Shown piece after piece: positions 27,790-40,600 of a stretch of 64,000 nt of DNA. The translations under genes and the position numbers were made by a program. Source of the stretch: Mobula hypostoma (lineage: Eukaryota); NCBI RefSeq assembly GCF_963921235.1, contig NC_086100.1, positions 203,734,001 through 203,798,000 of the forward strand. Direction: 5' to 3'. The notes beneath the pieces are model-generated. The model had not been told where the DNA came from. It searched no databases and worked only from the letters and a program-made list of their open reading frames with translations. Each line of letters starts with the position of its first letter. The stretch's first letter is position 1.

Positions 27790-29160
27790 ATTTGAATTAA
27801 AACTGGTAGCCGTTTGGAGATCCTGCTTTTTCTGGCGAGCGGAGCGGCGGTGCTTGGCGAAGCGGTGTCCCAGTCTACGGCAGGTCTCACCAATATACAG
27901 GAAGTCACAGCAGATATGATAGAAAACCCCAACCGACGCACAGCTGAAGTGTCGCCTCACCTGGAAGGACTGTTTGGAGACCTGAATGGTAGTGACAGAG
28001 GAGGTGAAGCGGCAGGTGTAGCACTTGTTCCACTTGCAAGGATAAGTGCCAGAATGAAGATCAGTCGGGAAGGGAGAATGGACAAGGGAGTCACGTAGGG
28101 AGTGATCTCTGTGGAAAGCAAAACGTGTTGAGGGGGAGGGAAAGATGTGCTTGGTGCTGGGATCTTGCCGGGGGTGGCGAATGTTACAGAGAATTATGTG
28201 CTGGACACAGACGATGGTGGGGTGGTCGGTGAGGACAAGAGGAATCCTCTCTCTGTATCCCTGGTGGGGTAGTAGGAGGATGGGGTGAGGGCAGATGTGT
28301 GCAAAATGGGAGAGATGCGGTTGAGCGCAGCATTGCTGGTGGAGGAAAGGAAGCCCCTCTCTTTGAGGAATGAGGACATCGCCTTCATTCTGTAATGACA
28401 GGCAACGTCCTGAGAGCAGTTGCGGCAGAGATGGAGGAATAGTCATAGTCATAGTCATAGTCATACTTTATTGATCCGGGGGGAAATTGGTTTTCGTTAC
28501 AGTTGCACCATAAATAATAAATAGTAATAGAACCATAAATAGTTAAATAGTAATATGTAAATTATGCCAGTAAATTATGAAATAAGTCCAGGACCGGCCT
28601 ATCGGCACAGGGTGTCTGACCCTGCAAGGGAGGAGTTGTAAAGTTTGATGGCCACAGGCAGGAATGACTTCCTATGACGCTCTGTGCTGCATCTCGGTGG
28701 AATGAGTCTCTGACTGAATGTACTCCTGTGCCCACCCAGTACATTATGTAGTGGATGGGAGACATTGACCAAGATAGTATGCAACTTAGACAGCATCCTC
28801 TTTTCAGACACCACCGTCAGAGAGTCCAGTTCCATCCCCACAACATCACTGGCCTTACGAATGAGTTTGTTGATTCTGTTGGTGTCTGCTACCCTCAGCC
28901 AGCTGCCCCAGCACACAACAGCAAACATGATAGCACTGGCCACCAGTGAAGGGGTGGCATTTTTATAAGTAACAACTTGTAAAAGAGGTAGAGTCCATTT
29001 CAGTAGGTTTGTAATAGACATCAATGGATAAACTGTCACCAGAGCTAGAGACAGTGAGATCGAAAAGGGGAAGGGAGTAATGGACGAGATGAATTTAAGG
29101 ACAGGGTGAAATTTACAGGCAAAATTGATGAAGCCGACTTGCTTAACTTTGGTCCAGGAG
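27790..29160 (-). mobile_element. Penelope-like element (RT end plus GIY-YIG), interrupted
   Basis: RIPLVL...PCKWNKCYTC...LYIGETCRRLGHRFAKH. Confidence 0.82.
28441..28946 (-). mobile_element. Rex-type LINE 3' fragment nested in Penelope
   Basis: (AGTCAT)n tail; near-identical to 7458-7918. Confidence 0.82.
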
Positions 29161-29169
29161 GTAACATGT

Positions 29170-30350
29170 GCTGTCAGAATCAGGTTTATTATCACTGGCA
29201 TGTGAATTGAAATTTGTTAAGTTAGCAGCAGCAGTTGAATGCAATACAGAATCTAGTAGAGTAATAATAATAGCAAGAATAATAAATAAACAGTAAATCA
29301 ATTACGTATATTGAATTGATTAAAAAAAAACACGTGCAAAAACAGAAATAATGTATCTTAAAAAAAGTAAGGTAGTGTCCAAAGATTCAATATCCATTTA
29401 GGAATCGGATGGCAGAGGGGAAGAAGCTGTTCCTGAATCGCTGAGTATGTGCCTTCAGGCTTCTGTACCTCCTACCTGATGGTAACAGTGAGAAAAGGCC
29501 ATACCCTGGGTGCTGGAGGTCCTTAATAATGGATGCCGCCTTTCTGAGACATCGCTCCCTGAAGATGTTCTGGGTACTTTGTAGGCTAGTACACAAGATG
29601 GAGCTGAAAATATTACAACTTTCTGCAGCTTCTTTCGGTCCTGTCCATTGACCTCCACTACCCCCCCCCCCCACCGGCCCCAAACCAGACAGTGATGCAG
29701 TCTGTCAGAATGCCCTCCAAAGTCCAAATACAGAAGTTTTTGAGTGTATTTGTTGATGTACCAAATCTCTTCAAACTCCTAATGAAGTAGAGCCGCTGTC
29801 TTGCATCGATACTTTGGGACCAGGTTAGATCCTCAGAGATCTTGACACCCAGGAACTTGAAACTGTTCACTCTCGCCACTTCTGATCCTTCTATGAGGAT
29901 TGGTATGTGTTCCTTCGTCTTATCCTTCCTGAAGTCCACGATTAGCTCTGTCGTCTTACTGACATTGAGTGCCAGGTTGTTGCTGCGACACCACTCTGCT
30001 GGTTGGCTTATCTCCCTCCTGTACGCCCACCCAAGATTCTACTAACATTGGTTGTATCGTCAACAAAATGACAGGTGGTATTTGAGCTATGCCTAGCAAC
30101 ACAGTCATGTGCATACAGAGAGTAGAGCAGTGGGCTAAGCACACACCCCTGAGGTGCGCCAGTGTTGATCGACAACGAGAAGGAAATGGTATCATCGGTC
30201 CACACAGATTGTGGTCTTCTGGTTAGGAAGTTGAGGATCTAATTGCAGAGGGAGGTACAGGGGCCCAGGTTCTGCAACTTCTCAATCAGGATTGTGGGGG
30301 TGATGGTATGAAATGCCGAGCTATAGTGGATGAACAGCATCCTGACGTAG
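29170..30350 (-). mobile_element. Second Rex-type LINE family, RT to 3' end
   Basis: GAPQGCVLSPLLYSLY, FVDDTT, FKFLGV, LLPSGRRYRS, FRNSFFPSAIR. Confidence 0.82.
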
Positions 30351-30650
30351 GTCGTCAATGCAGCGTAGGAAAACTGAGGGAGTGACAGCAGTGCAGGATT
30401 GGAACACAGCCTGAAGCAGGCAAGCACAGCGAGTGCCCATGGCCACCACTTTTGTTTGAAGGAAATGGAGGAGCCAAATGAAAAATTATTGAGTGTGGAC
30501 AAGAGTGTGATTGGTCTGGTGTCCAGAAAGAAACGGGGAGGTTTTAGGCCTTCCTGTGGGGGGAGGTGGAGATGTATAGGGACTGGACACCCACGGGGAA
30601 AATAAGATGCTCAGTGCCGAGGAACTTAAAATCATTGAAAAGATTGCATC

Positions 30651-31525
30651 TTATTTATTTTCCTCCACGTGAACTCGCTGGTGGATTTGTAGGTTGGACG
30701 ACCGAGTGAATTTCTTCGCACCGTCTGAGCAGATGAATGGCCTCTCCACAGTGTGAACTCGCTGGTGTTCCTTCAGAATAGCTGACTGAGTAAACACATT
30801 CCCACAGTCTGAGCAGGTGAACAGCATCTCCCCAGTTTGAATTGACTGGTATGCCTCTAGGTCAGATGATCCAGTGAATCCCTTCCCACAATCAGAGCAG
30901 TTGAACGATATTTCCCCCGTGTGAACTCGCTGATGTACCAGTAGGTCAGATGATTGAGTGAATCCCTTTACACTTACAGAACAAGTGAACAGTCTCTCTC
31001 TAGCGCGCACTGACTGATGTCCCTTCAGATTAGATGACCGAGTATAACCCTTCCCACAGTCTGATAAAGCACACGGCCTCTCCCCAGTGTGAACCGGTGT
31101 GCTACTCCGTCAGATGACTGAGTGAATCCCTTCCCAAAGTTTGAGCAGGTGAATGGAATCTCCCCAGTGTGAACTCTCTGGTCTGCCTGCAGTTGGGCTG
31201 AGTGCGTGAATCACTTCCCACAATTTTCTGTCAACTCATCAAGTCAGGTTTCAGATGTAATGAATTCCTGGTACAATCAATGCAGTTGAAGAACAAATGA
31301 ACAAATGCTGGTGTGTTCTCAGCTCCCCGGCTCCAGTGAATCTCACTGATTTACATCGAAAAAATTTCAGACACAAAGCACGTTTTCATCTGGGATGAAA
31401 TACTTCTTCATCTCCAAGGATCAACAACTGATATATCGGTGTTTCAATAGAAGTATCTGGTCACTCCTTAAATATCCGGACAGAGATGTGTTGTGTTTGA
31501 GAATTCCCGGACACAAATTATTTTT
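30651..31525 (-). pseudogene. C2H2 zinc-finger gene copy C, decayed
   Basis: ORF 30651..31010 with degenerate fingers; upstream part homologous to 5930-6200 and 17790-18070. Confidence 0.8.
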
Positions 31526-31529
31526 GCTG

Positions 31530-33390
31530 TTTCTTTCCTTACTATCTCTTTTTCCCATTCGCCCGGACGAAGGGTCTCGACCCGAAATGTCAACTGTACT
31601 TCTTCCTATAGATGCTGCCTGGCCTGCTGCATTCCGCCAGCATCTTGTGAATGTTGAAAGGGCCAGATAAGGTGGATGAGGAGAGGATATTTCATATGGT
31701 GGGGCTATCAAAATCTAGAGGGCACTTCCACAAAGATGAAGGGCCACTTTTTCAAACAGAGGTAAGGTGGATTTTTATTATTAGCCAGATTGTACTAGAT
31801 CTGTGGAATGCTCTGCCACAGACTGCGGTAGAGGCCAATTGTGTGGGTATAATTAAGGCAGAAGTTGATCATATCCTGATCAGTCAGGGCATCGAAGGAT
31901 ATGGTGAGAAGGCAGTTATAAGGGGTTGAGTGCTATCCGGGATCAGCCACAACGGAAAGGCGGCAAACTCAATGGGCTGAATGGCCTACTTCTGCTCCTA
32001 TGATTTGTGGTCCTCGCAATCATGGTGAATCTCCTCTGCCATCTTCCAGCACAAAACATCCTTTGTATAGAATACGAAGCAAACCTTTTCAAGAAGCTTT
32101 CAAGGCAGCATCTATTGAGAGGAATAGAGTCAATGTTTGGGACAGAACCCCTCTCTTACAGCACTGACACAGGCCCTTTGGCCCAACATTTCCCTGCTGT
32201 CCTGGTGTCCATTTAAACTAATCCATCTGCCTGCCTTTGACATCGAACATAGAAATCTACAGCACATTACAGGCCCCTCGACCCACAATGTTGTGTTGAC
32301 CATGTAACCTACCCCAGAATCTGGCTAGGATTTCCCTAGCACATAGTCCTCGATGTTTCTAAGCTCCATGTACCTATCAAAGAGTCTCTTAAAATATCCT
32401 ATTGTATCTACCGCCACCACTGCCGCCAGCAGTGCATTCCATGCACCCACCACTCTCTGTGTGAAAAACATACCCCTGACATCCCTTTCCATACCTATTT
32501 CCAAGCACCTTCAAACTGTGCCCCTTCTTGTTCATTTCAATCCTGGGAAAATGCCTCTGACTATCCACATGGTCAAAGCCTGTGATCATCTCATACACCT
32601 CTATCAGGTCACTCCTCATCCTCCGTTGTTCCAAGGAGAAAAGGCCGAGTTCACTCAACCTATTCTCATAAGACATGCTCTCCAATCCAGGCAAGATCCT
32701 TGTAACATACATCAAAGTTGCTGGTAAACGCAGCAGGCCAAGCAGCATCTATAGGAAGAGGCGCAGTCGACGTTTCAGGCCGAGACCCTTCGTCACCTGA
32801 CGAAGGGTCTCGGCCTGAAACGTCGACTGCGCCTCTTCCTATAGATGCTGCTTGGCCTGCTGCGTTCACCAGCAACTTTGATGTATGTTGCTTGAATTTC
32901 CAGCATCTGCAGAATTCCTGTTGTTTGCGTTTAAAGATCCTTGTAAATCTCCTCTGCACGCTTTCTATGGTTTCCACATCCTTCCTGTAGTGATGTGACC
33001 AGAATTGAACACAGTACTCCAAGTGGGGTCTAACTAATGTCTTATATAGCTTCAACATTGCCTCACGGCTCTTGAGCTCAGTCTCACGGTTGATGAAGAC
33101 CATCACAACAGATGCCTTCTTAACAACACTGCCAACCTGTGCAGCAGATTTGAGTGCCGAATGGACACGGAACCCCAAGATCTCTCTGACCCTCCATACT
33201 GCCCAAGAATCTTACCATTAATGTTACATTCTGTGTTCAGATTTGACCTGCCAAAATGAACCACGTCACAAGTATCTGTGCTGAACTCCATCTGCCACTT
33301 CCCTTCCCAGTTCTGCATCCGATCTATTTCCCGCAGTAATCTCTGACAACTCTCCAGACTCTCCACAATACCCCCGACTTCTGTGTCATC
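31530..33390. mobile_element. Penelope terminal fragment (31530-31650), CR1 3' piece (+, to ~32010) and CR1 RT-3' piece (-, 32240-33390)
   Basis: gacgaagggtctcgacccgaaa; LYKTLVRPHLEYCVQFW; CR1 tails. Confidence 0.75.
32706..32933. mobile_element. Palindromic Penelope-terminus mini-element with 13-bp TSD
   Basis: Inverted arms 32704-32795 / 32798-32889; AAGATCCTTGTAA at 32693-32705 and 32934-32946. Confidence 0.85.
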
Positions 33391-33391
33391 A

Positions 33392-33416
33392 GCGGGGCCT
33401 TCTGGGAGTTGTAGTC
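33392..33416 (-). promoter_or_regulatory. ZNF143/THAP11-type composite motif
   Basis: Minus strand GACTACAACTCCCAGAAGGCCCCGC fits ACTACAnnTCCCA plus SBS; CpG-retaining patch to ~33650. Confidence 0.6.
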
Positions 33417-34892
33417 ATGTGGCTTGCTACTTGCAAAAATATTTTTCCTCAGCTACCACAAACATCGCTGGAACCGACTCACCGAGGCTTCGAAGGAGAA
33501 CCACACCCGTCCTTATGGACACCGAGGTCGGCGACTACCGACGGCAGCAACTCGCTGAAATTCGCCATGGCAATGGAGCGGAAGAGGAGGGGCTGAACAT
33601 GGGGCAGATTTCCACCAGCCTATCGTAGCTCAGACTCAACACTGTCCCCTTCTGTCACTGGCTGAGGTGCCTGTCGGTCAAATGAGAACTCAGACAGTGA
33701 TTAGTTAATATGAACGTCATTCAGCCTTCTTGTCTTTATGAGCTTGAGTTTGGATGTCTATCAGGGACAGGAAGCCACTTGCAGGAGGTAGAGTATTTGG
33801 TAAAGCAAATTGGGAGAAATGTAAGTTTTTATGATGATGCATCAGTCTCTTATTAAGAAGAAAATGGCGCAGGCCGTGGTGGGGAAGGCATGATTTACTG
33901 GAGGTTATATGGAGATAATATTGGAAGGGATATTAAACTTGGAGATGTTTGGGGTATGATTTAGAAAATGGGGGGATTTGTAGAGATCATAATATTCCAG
34001 TATTGATTAATGAGGGCAAAATGATTGTTACTGAAACAGGGAAGGTTGTGTTATTAACTGGGCCATTTGCTGAGATTCATAATCAGGATCATTTCAGTGA
34101 AGAAGTTAAACAATGTAGGAATATGTCTCTAAGTGAATACCCAGAGGTGTTGGAAGTCAGCTGTACCAATGATAATATCACTGATGTAGAGTTTCTTTGT
34201 AGGAATTTAAGAAGTCAATTATTCATGCAGGTCAGGCGTCCCCAGGAAACAATGATATATGTAATTGTAAATGTATATAATTCTCTCTTGAGAAAATATT
34301 AAATTTTTGAATCATGTTTGGAGGTTAGGTCGTCTACTTTCCTCGTGGAAAATGGCAGCTGTAATGCCTATTCTAAAACCTGGGAGGTCCCTGTCTGATG
34401 CTTCTAGTTATGGGCCGATATCGTTAATGTCTCATTTATGTAAACTGATGGAATGTATGGTAATCGAGTGCTTGAGTTATATTTTGGAAAGAGAGGTGAT
34501 AATAGCATTTTATTAGAGTGGATTTTGGAAGGGTAGAATGACATTGGGTTCAGTTTTAGGTTTGGAAGGTGATAGTAGGAAAGCACAATTAAATAAAGAT
34601 GTTGTAATAGCAGTATTTTTTGATACTGAAAAGGGAAATGATATGTTGTGGAAGGAAGGACTTTTGATTTAACTTTGAAAATTAGGAGTGAGAGGGAGAT
34701 TGTATAACTTTTCTGAGTGTTTTTATTTGGACAGACTGTGCAGGTACGGGTGGGCATGTTATGTTTGTGTTTCTGTGAGACAGAGAATTTGTAGTATTTC
34801 TAGCCCTTCATTATTTAATATTATGATTAATGATATTTTCTCTGAGATGGGTACTCTAGTGGGTAATCACTATATGCAGGTTATGTAGCTTT

Positions 34893-35250
34893 ATTATTAA
34901 GGACCTCCAGCACCCAGGGCAAGCCCTTTTCTCACTGTTACCATCAGGTAGGAGGTACAGAAGCCTGAAGGCACACACTCAGCAATTCAGGAACAGCTTC
35001 TTCCCCTCTGCCATCCGATTCCTAAATGGGCATTGAAGCTTTGGACACTTCCTCACTTTTTTAATATACAGTATTTTTGGTTTTGCACATTTTTATAATC
35101 TATTCAAATTACATAATTGAATTACTTGTTTATTTATTATTATGTTTTATTTTTTTCTCTCTCTCTGTTAGATTATGTATTGCATTGAACTGTTGCTGCT
35201 ATGTTAACAAATTTCATGACATGGTGATAATAAACCTGATTCTCATTCTG
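34893..35250 (+). mobile_element. Rex-type 3' fragment nested in the I/Nimb LINE
   Basis: Reverse complement of ~29175-29530. Confidence 0.75.
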
Positions 35251-35376
35251 AGTTATAGATTAGAGGTAATAATTTCAATTTTACTGTAAATAGGATGCAT
35301 TTTCAATTAATGTTGGGTAGTGGAGGTATAATTTGTCCATCTGTGCTGATCACCCCATCCTTGACTAAGCTGTTCC

Positions 35377-35930
35377 TGTCATGGTCCAGTCCATGAAGTC
35401 CGCATTCTGGTTCACGGTCCAGTTCGTGGACTCAGGACTCCAGGTCTTCCAGCTGTCCCTTGTTTCGGTTGGGTTAATCATAGCTACCTGATTCCCATCT
35501 TGGAGCTTGGAATATAAGTAACCTTGGGTTCAAGTGTTGGCAGCTGGTTTGTCTTGTCAGTTTTCCCTTGGAGCAACCCACTGGTGGAAGGCTAGTGCAG
35601 TCATCGGGATATGGATTTAGCTGTACCATAGCCCGCTGAGGTTACTGGCTGCCTCGCGTCTTGGAGCCACCCCGGACCTAGCTCCCTTCCTGTCCCTTGC
35701 CTCCATCGGGTAAGCCAGGCCGATTGCTGTTACCCTGCGGTTGGGTCTGTCCCTTCCTGTCCTTGCTTCCATGGGGGTGAGTCTCGCGTCCTGCCCAGGA
35801 GTTGCCTCGAAGTACCGTTGCCCCGTCATGTTCTTCCCGAGCCTCCGGTAATCCTCCACACTGCTCAAGTGTGTTTTTTTTGTGTGTTCTATCACTGAGC
35901 AGCAGTGAACCATCTGATGGCCCTATCACA
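35377..35930 (+). mobile_element. Solo LTR
   Basis: TGTCA...TCACA; flanks GTTCC/GTTCT; TATA-like at ~35513. Confidence 0.65.
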
Positions 35931-37339
35931 GTTCTCTTTGGGAACTAGTTGACTTGATCAGCATTTACGATCTGGCTATTGTTCACCATTGCACCTAATT
36001 TTGAAAAAAATAGCGGGCAAATAGTTGAGGATTTGAATTTTCAGTGGCTAAAACATGTTACGTGTTTTACAAGCAGGATTACTAGACTTACACTTGATTT
36101 GAAATTATATGTTTAAGCTCTTGAGGAAGTGTCAGTGGTAAGATTTCCAGGCAAGTGGATGGATAATAAGCTGACATGGAAGCACCATATCCGTAAAATA
36201 ATTGAAAAATGTAAAGGAGCAGTAAATCTCCTCAGGCATCTATGTGGGTATTCTTGGGTGCAACACAAAATCTTTGTTGACCATTTATGTTTGTTTAATT
36301 TGATCTGTTCTTGATTATGTCTGTGTGGTTTATAGATCAGCTTCATCTTCAACTTTAAAATGTTTGGGTGTGATACAAGCACAGACTTTAAGACTGTGTT
36401 GTGGTGCAGTAAGGTCATCTCTTGTTTCGGCTTTACTGGTTGAACTGGGACAATTGCCCTCACATTGACAGAGGGTGAAGTTGACGTCAACAACCTGCAT
36501 TAATTTGAGGATGCAAAGAAAAGATCATCTTGTTAAAGGTGTGCTAGTGGACTGTCGGGAACATCACAAGATGTATGTTTTTTGTTTTAGGTGGCTGGGT
36601 TCTTATCAAGCTGAGAATATGGGGTATTGGATGATACAATATGTCCCACTGTAGCTTTCTCGGTAACCCCACCTTGTTTTTCCCCAATGACTTTAGTTGA
36701 TTTTAGGTTACACATTTAGATTCTGTTTTGCCGGAGAGTCTGTTGGTTCATCAGTATATTAATGGAAGTTATTATCATACGGTAACCATTTTTACAGATG
36801 GTTCTAAAGACAATTTAACTGGGGATGTTGGCATAGCTGTTTTCTTTTCATGTGTGTCTGAATTGCAGGTACAGTAATGATTAAAAAAAAATGACTTACC
36901 AGCCATTTATCGGTATATGAAGCAGAATTGTTTGCCATCATTTTAGACTTACAGTGGGTGGAGGATATTGGTTCCTTGCAAACTTGTTCAGATAGCTTTT
37001 CAGTTTTGATGAGTTGTAAAACAGATCATTCTTGCAGTAGGTCAGATGGACTGTTGGAAACTTATCAAACAGTATTTCATATACAAAGTTTGGTTTATAT
37101 GTCTGCATATGGGCCCTGCACATCGCACTATTGAGGGAGATGATGGGGTTGACTTTTTCGCAACAAAAGCTGTTAAAAGTTCCAATTAGACTTTCCACTT
37201 AGCAGATCCGAAGGGTAGGGTTCAGAATTAGGGGCTTATGGCAAGATTTGTATATCTTTACAGACACCTAAACCTATTGGGATTATAGAGTTAAAGTTAA
37301 AGTCTGTCCCGAGCCTTGTGGATCAGGCCGGTTTCTGCG

Positions 37340-37627
37340 GAGTGACTGAGAGTACCAGACTATGGGGCAGACCTGCCATCAGGTTGGAAGCTACCAGAGA
37401 AAGCAAAGAGTCCGCCAGAGAAAGCAGGATCTCCCAGTGACCACACATTTTAATCCCACATCCCATTCTCATTCTGACATGTCTATCCACGGCCTGCTCT
37501 ACTGTAAAGATGAAGCCACACTCAGGTTGGAGGAACAACACCTTATATTCCGTCTGGGTAGCCTCCAACCTGATGGCATGAACATCGACTTCTCTAACTT
37601 CCGCTAATGCCCCACCTCCCCCTCGTA
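37340..37627 (+). mobile_element. Penelope GIY-YIG C-terminal fragment
   Basis: KQDLPVTTHFN...LEEQHLIFRLGSLQPDGMNIDF. Confidence 0.8.
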
Positions 37628-40600
37628 CCCCAAGCTGGTGCGAGTTTGGAGGTCTGGTGGCGGGAACCGACCATAGATGCACAGGGTGAAAAGGGTACGA
37701 TCGGTGGTGTGTGTCCGCCCTTGCCTGGGTGCCGGGTTCACCGCAGAAGAACGGTCATATCCAGAACGGAGGGGTCACAGTCAGTGACCACAGAAGACAT
37801 AAAAGGGTCCGCCCGAAACTACCTGTGAACATCAAAGGTCTGCTGAATCAAATTTGCATTCTCTCTCTCTCTCTCCAACGGCACAACAGCGATTTCTGCG
37901 AACTGTACTAAGCTGAACTGAACTCTGCGTCACTTGAGACTGATCATTTTACCCCTAGACTGCGATAGAGCTTGGTTGATTCCTATTACCCTAGTTCTGT
38001 GTACATGTGTGTTTTATCATTGCTAACCTGTTGCATTTATATCCCTACGATTAGAGTACTGTGTTACTTATTTCTTTAATAAAACTTTATTAGTTTCTGT
38101 TAAACCAGACTCCAACTAAGTGGTCCATTTCTGCTGGTTTGGCAACCCAGTTACGGGGTACGTAACGTAAGTGGGGATCTCGTCCGCGATTTTGAACGCC
38201 AAATTTGGGACTGGGTAAATTAATTGGGTTAAAATTCCCGAAAGAAACAAAGGGCAAACAGCAGAAATGGAGATTGAGGAATTTCTAAAGGCGCCGACCT
38301 TGGAGACATTAGAGGATGCCAGGAAATCAGAATTGGCAACTGTTGCCAAATGGTTGAATCTTTTTAAGGGGAAGCCGACAATGAGAAGAGCGGAGATGCA
38401 CAGAGCTATCATTGAGCATTATCTATCTAAAGGTGTGTTTCCCCAAGGGGAGCTGGAGGTAGTATCTATGGGCAGACCTGGTGGAGAAGCAGTACAGCTG
38501 CAGATGGAAAAATTGAGACTCGAGCACGAGGTCCGGGTAAAACAGCTAGAACAAGAAGAGAGGCAGTTAGAATGACGAGAGAGAAAAACAGAGGGAAAGG
38601 GAATTTGAGCTGGAGAAGTTAAGGATGATGCTAACACAGGGGCCCATGCCGAACCAAGGTGGAGGGTTCAGGGCGACCCAGGAGGTTAGGCTGGTTCCCC
38701 CATTTGAGGAGGCTGATGTTGATCGGTACTTTCTACATTTTGAAAAAGTTGCTGCGTCAGGACTGGCCGAGGGATAAGTGGGCTGTTTTGCTTCAGAGTG
38801 TACTTAAAGGAAAAGCCCAACAAGCTTACTCGGCCTTGTCCGCAGAAGATGCCCAGAGGTATGATGTGGTGAAAGAGATGATACTCAGGATTTATGAGTT
38901 TGTCCCAGAGGCATACCGGCAGAGGTTCTGGAATGTGAGGAAGCAGTGGGGCCACACGTATTTAGAGTTTGCCCATGAGATGCAGATGTACTGTGAGTGT
39001 TGGTGCGCCTCGAAAGGGGTCAATGGGGATTATGACAGACTGCTACAGCTAATAATGATTGAGCAGTTTAAAAGTTGTGTCCCTGAAGGTATGAGGCCCT
39101 ATCTAGATGAGAAAGAGGCAGAAACCTTAGCCGCAACTGCTAAGTTAGCAGATGAGTTCGCGTTGATACACAAAGCGAAGTTTACCCTGAGTAAAAGCTA
39201 CCACAAGGGTAGTCGAGAGGGCAGAGAGAGTTCGCTGGAAAAGCCAGAAAGTAAGCCAGGCACTAGTGAGAAGGATAAGGAAGACGGGAAGCAGTTTGGT
39301 AGGAAGTCTCCTGGGGTCGTATGCTATAATTGTGGGAAAGCCGGTCACTTTGCGTCCAGGTGCTTTGCCCCAAGGAAGGAGACGGGGAAAGGAAAAACGA
39401 CGACTCCGACGGGCTGTATTGAGCCGGCAAACAAACCGCTAGGGGAGAAGAGGTCTGATAGAGTTCAGGAAGGGTGCGAGAAGTTTATTTCGGCTGGATT
39501 GGTGTCGGTGAAGGAGGGGTGAAACCCAGTTCCAGTGTGGATCTGGAGAGACAGGGGAACTTGTCAGTCACTGATTTTAAGGAGTGTTTTAGACTTTAGT
39601 TCAGAGACCGAGACTGGGGAGGTCAGTGTGATAAAAGGCATTGGGGAAGGGACTGAAGCAGTACCTTTGCACCAGATACACCTACAAAGCGACTTGGTCT
39701 CCGGACCGGTTACGATCGGGGTGAGGCCCGAACTACCGATGGAAGACGTGGAGGTCCTACTCGGTAATGACCTCGCCGGCGGAGAGGTGTACCCAGCAGT
39801 AAGATTGACAAGCCAGCCTGCCAGCATTGAGGCCCCGCCCATAGACTCACAGGTTTATCCCGTTTGCGCAGTGACTCAGCTCATGTCCCGGACGGCTGCC
39901 GAAGAGAATGTAGATTTAGCTGAGACGTTTTTACCAGCCTTGTACCAGGAGGGGTTAGAAAGTGAAAAGAAGGAGCATAGTAAAACGGAAGGAAGTAAGG
40001 GAGTTGAGTTAGACTTCTCATTAGCGAGGAAGGAATTTATACAGGCACAGGAACGAGACGAGGAGCTGATGGTTTTGACGGAGACTGCTCTCTCCCAAGC
40101 AAAATTAAAAAGGGAGCCAGTGGGCTATTATGTGAAGGAGGGAGTACTAATGAGGAAGTGGAGACCAAGTACCGTGCCCACAGATGAGGAATGGGGGGTG
40201 GTACACCAGGTGGTAGTGCCGAAAATTTATAGGGACAAGATTTTTAACCTGGCCCACAAGATACCCCTCGGTGGACATTTTGGGGTGAGGAAGACAGTCG
40301 ATAGAATTATGAAAGAGTTTTACTGGCCGAACATGAGGAAGGATATTATTGAGTATTGTAGACGGTGTCATTCCTGTCAGGTGGTAGGAAAGCCAAATCA
40401 GGTCCTGCCTAAAGCACCCCTTCGACCGATACCCGCTTTCGGGGAACCTTTCTCCCGAATAACTGTGCATTTTGTCGGTCCCCTGCCCAGAACTGCGAGT
40501 GGGCGAGAGTATGTGATGACTATGATGTGCGCCGCCACCAGGTTTCCGGAGGCGGTGCCCCTGGCCAGCGTAAAGGCTCCCACAGTGGTAAAGGCCCTTG

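Larger units (their letters stand above)
33900..37260 (+). mobile_element. Decayed I/Nimb-type LINE with RT and RNase H
   Basis: WKMAAVMPILKPG...YGPISLMSHLCKLME; DNKLTWKHHI; IFTDGSK; AELFAI; SDS. Confidence 0.72.

Noticed and set aside
31560..31600. Functional hammerhead ribozyme
   Set aside because: Core mutated (CGGACGA; GAAATGTC); treated as a decayed Penelope terminus
32666..33178. ORFs with the same peptide on both strands
   Set aside because: Caused by the palindrome plus CR1 sequence
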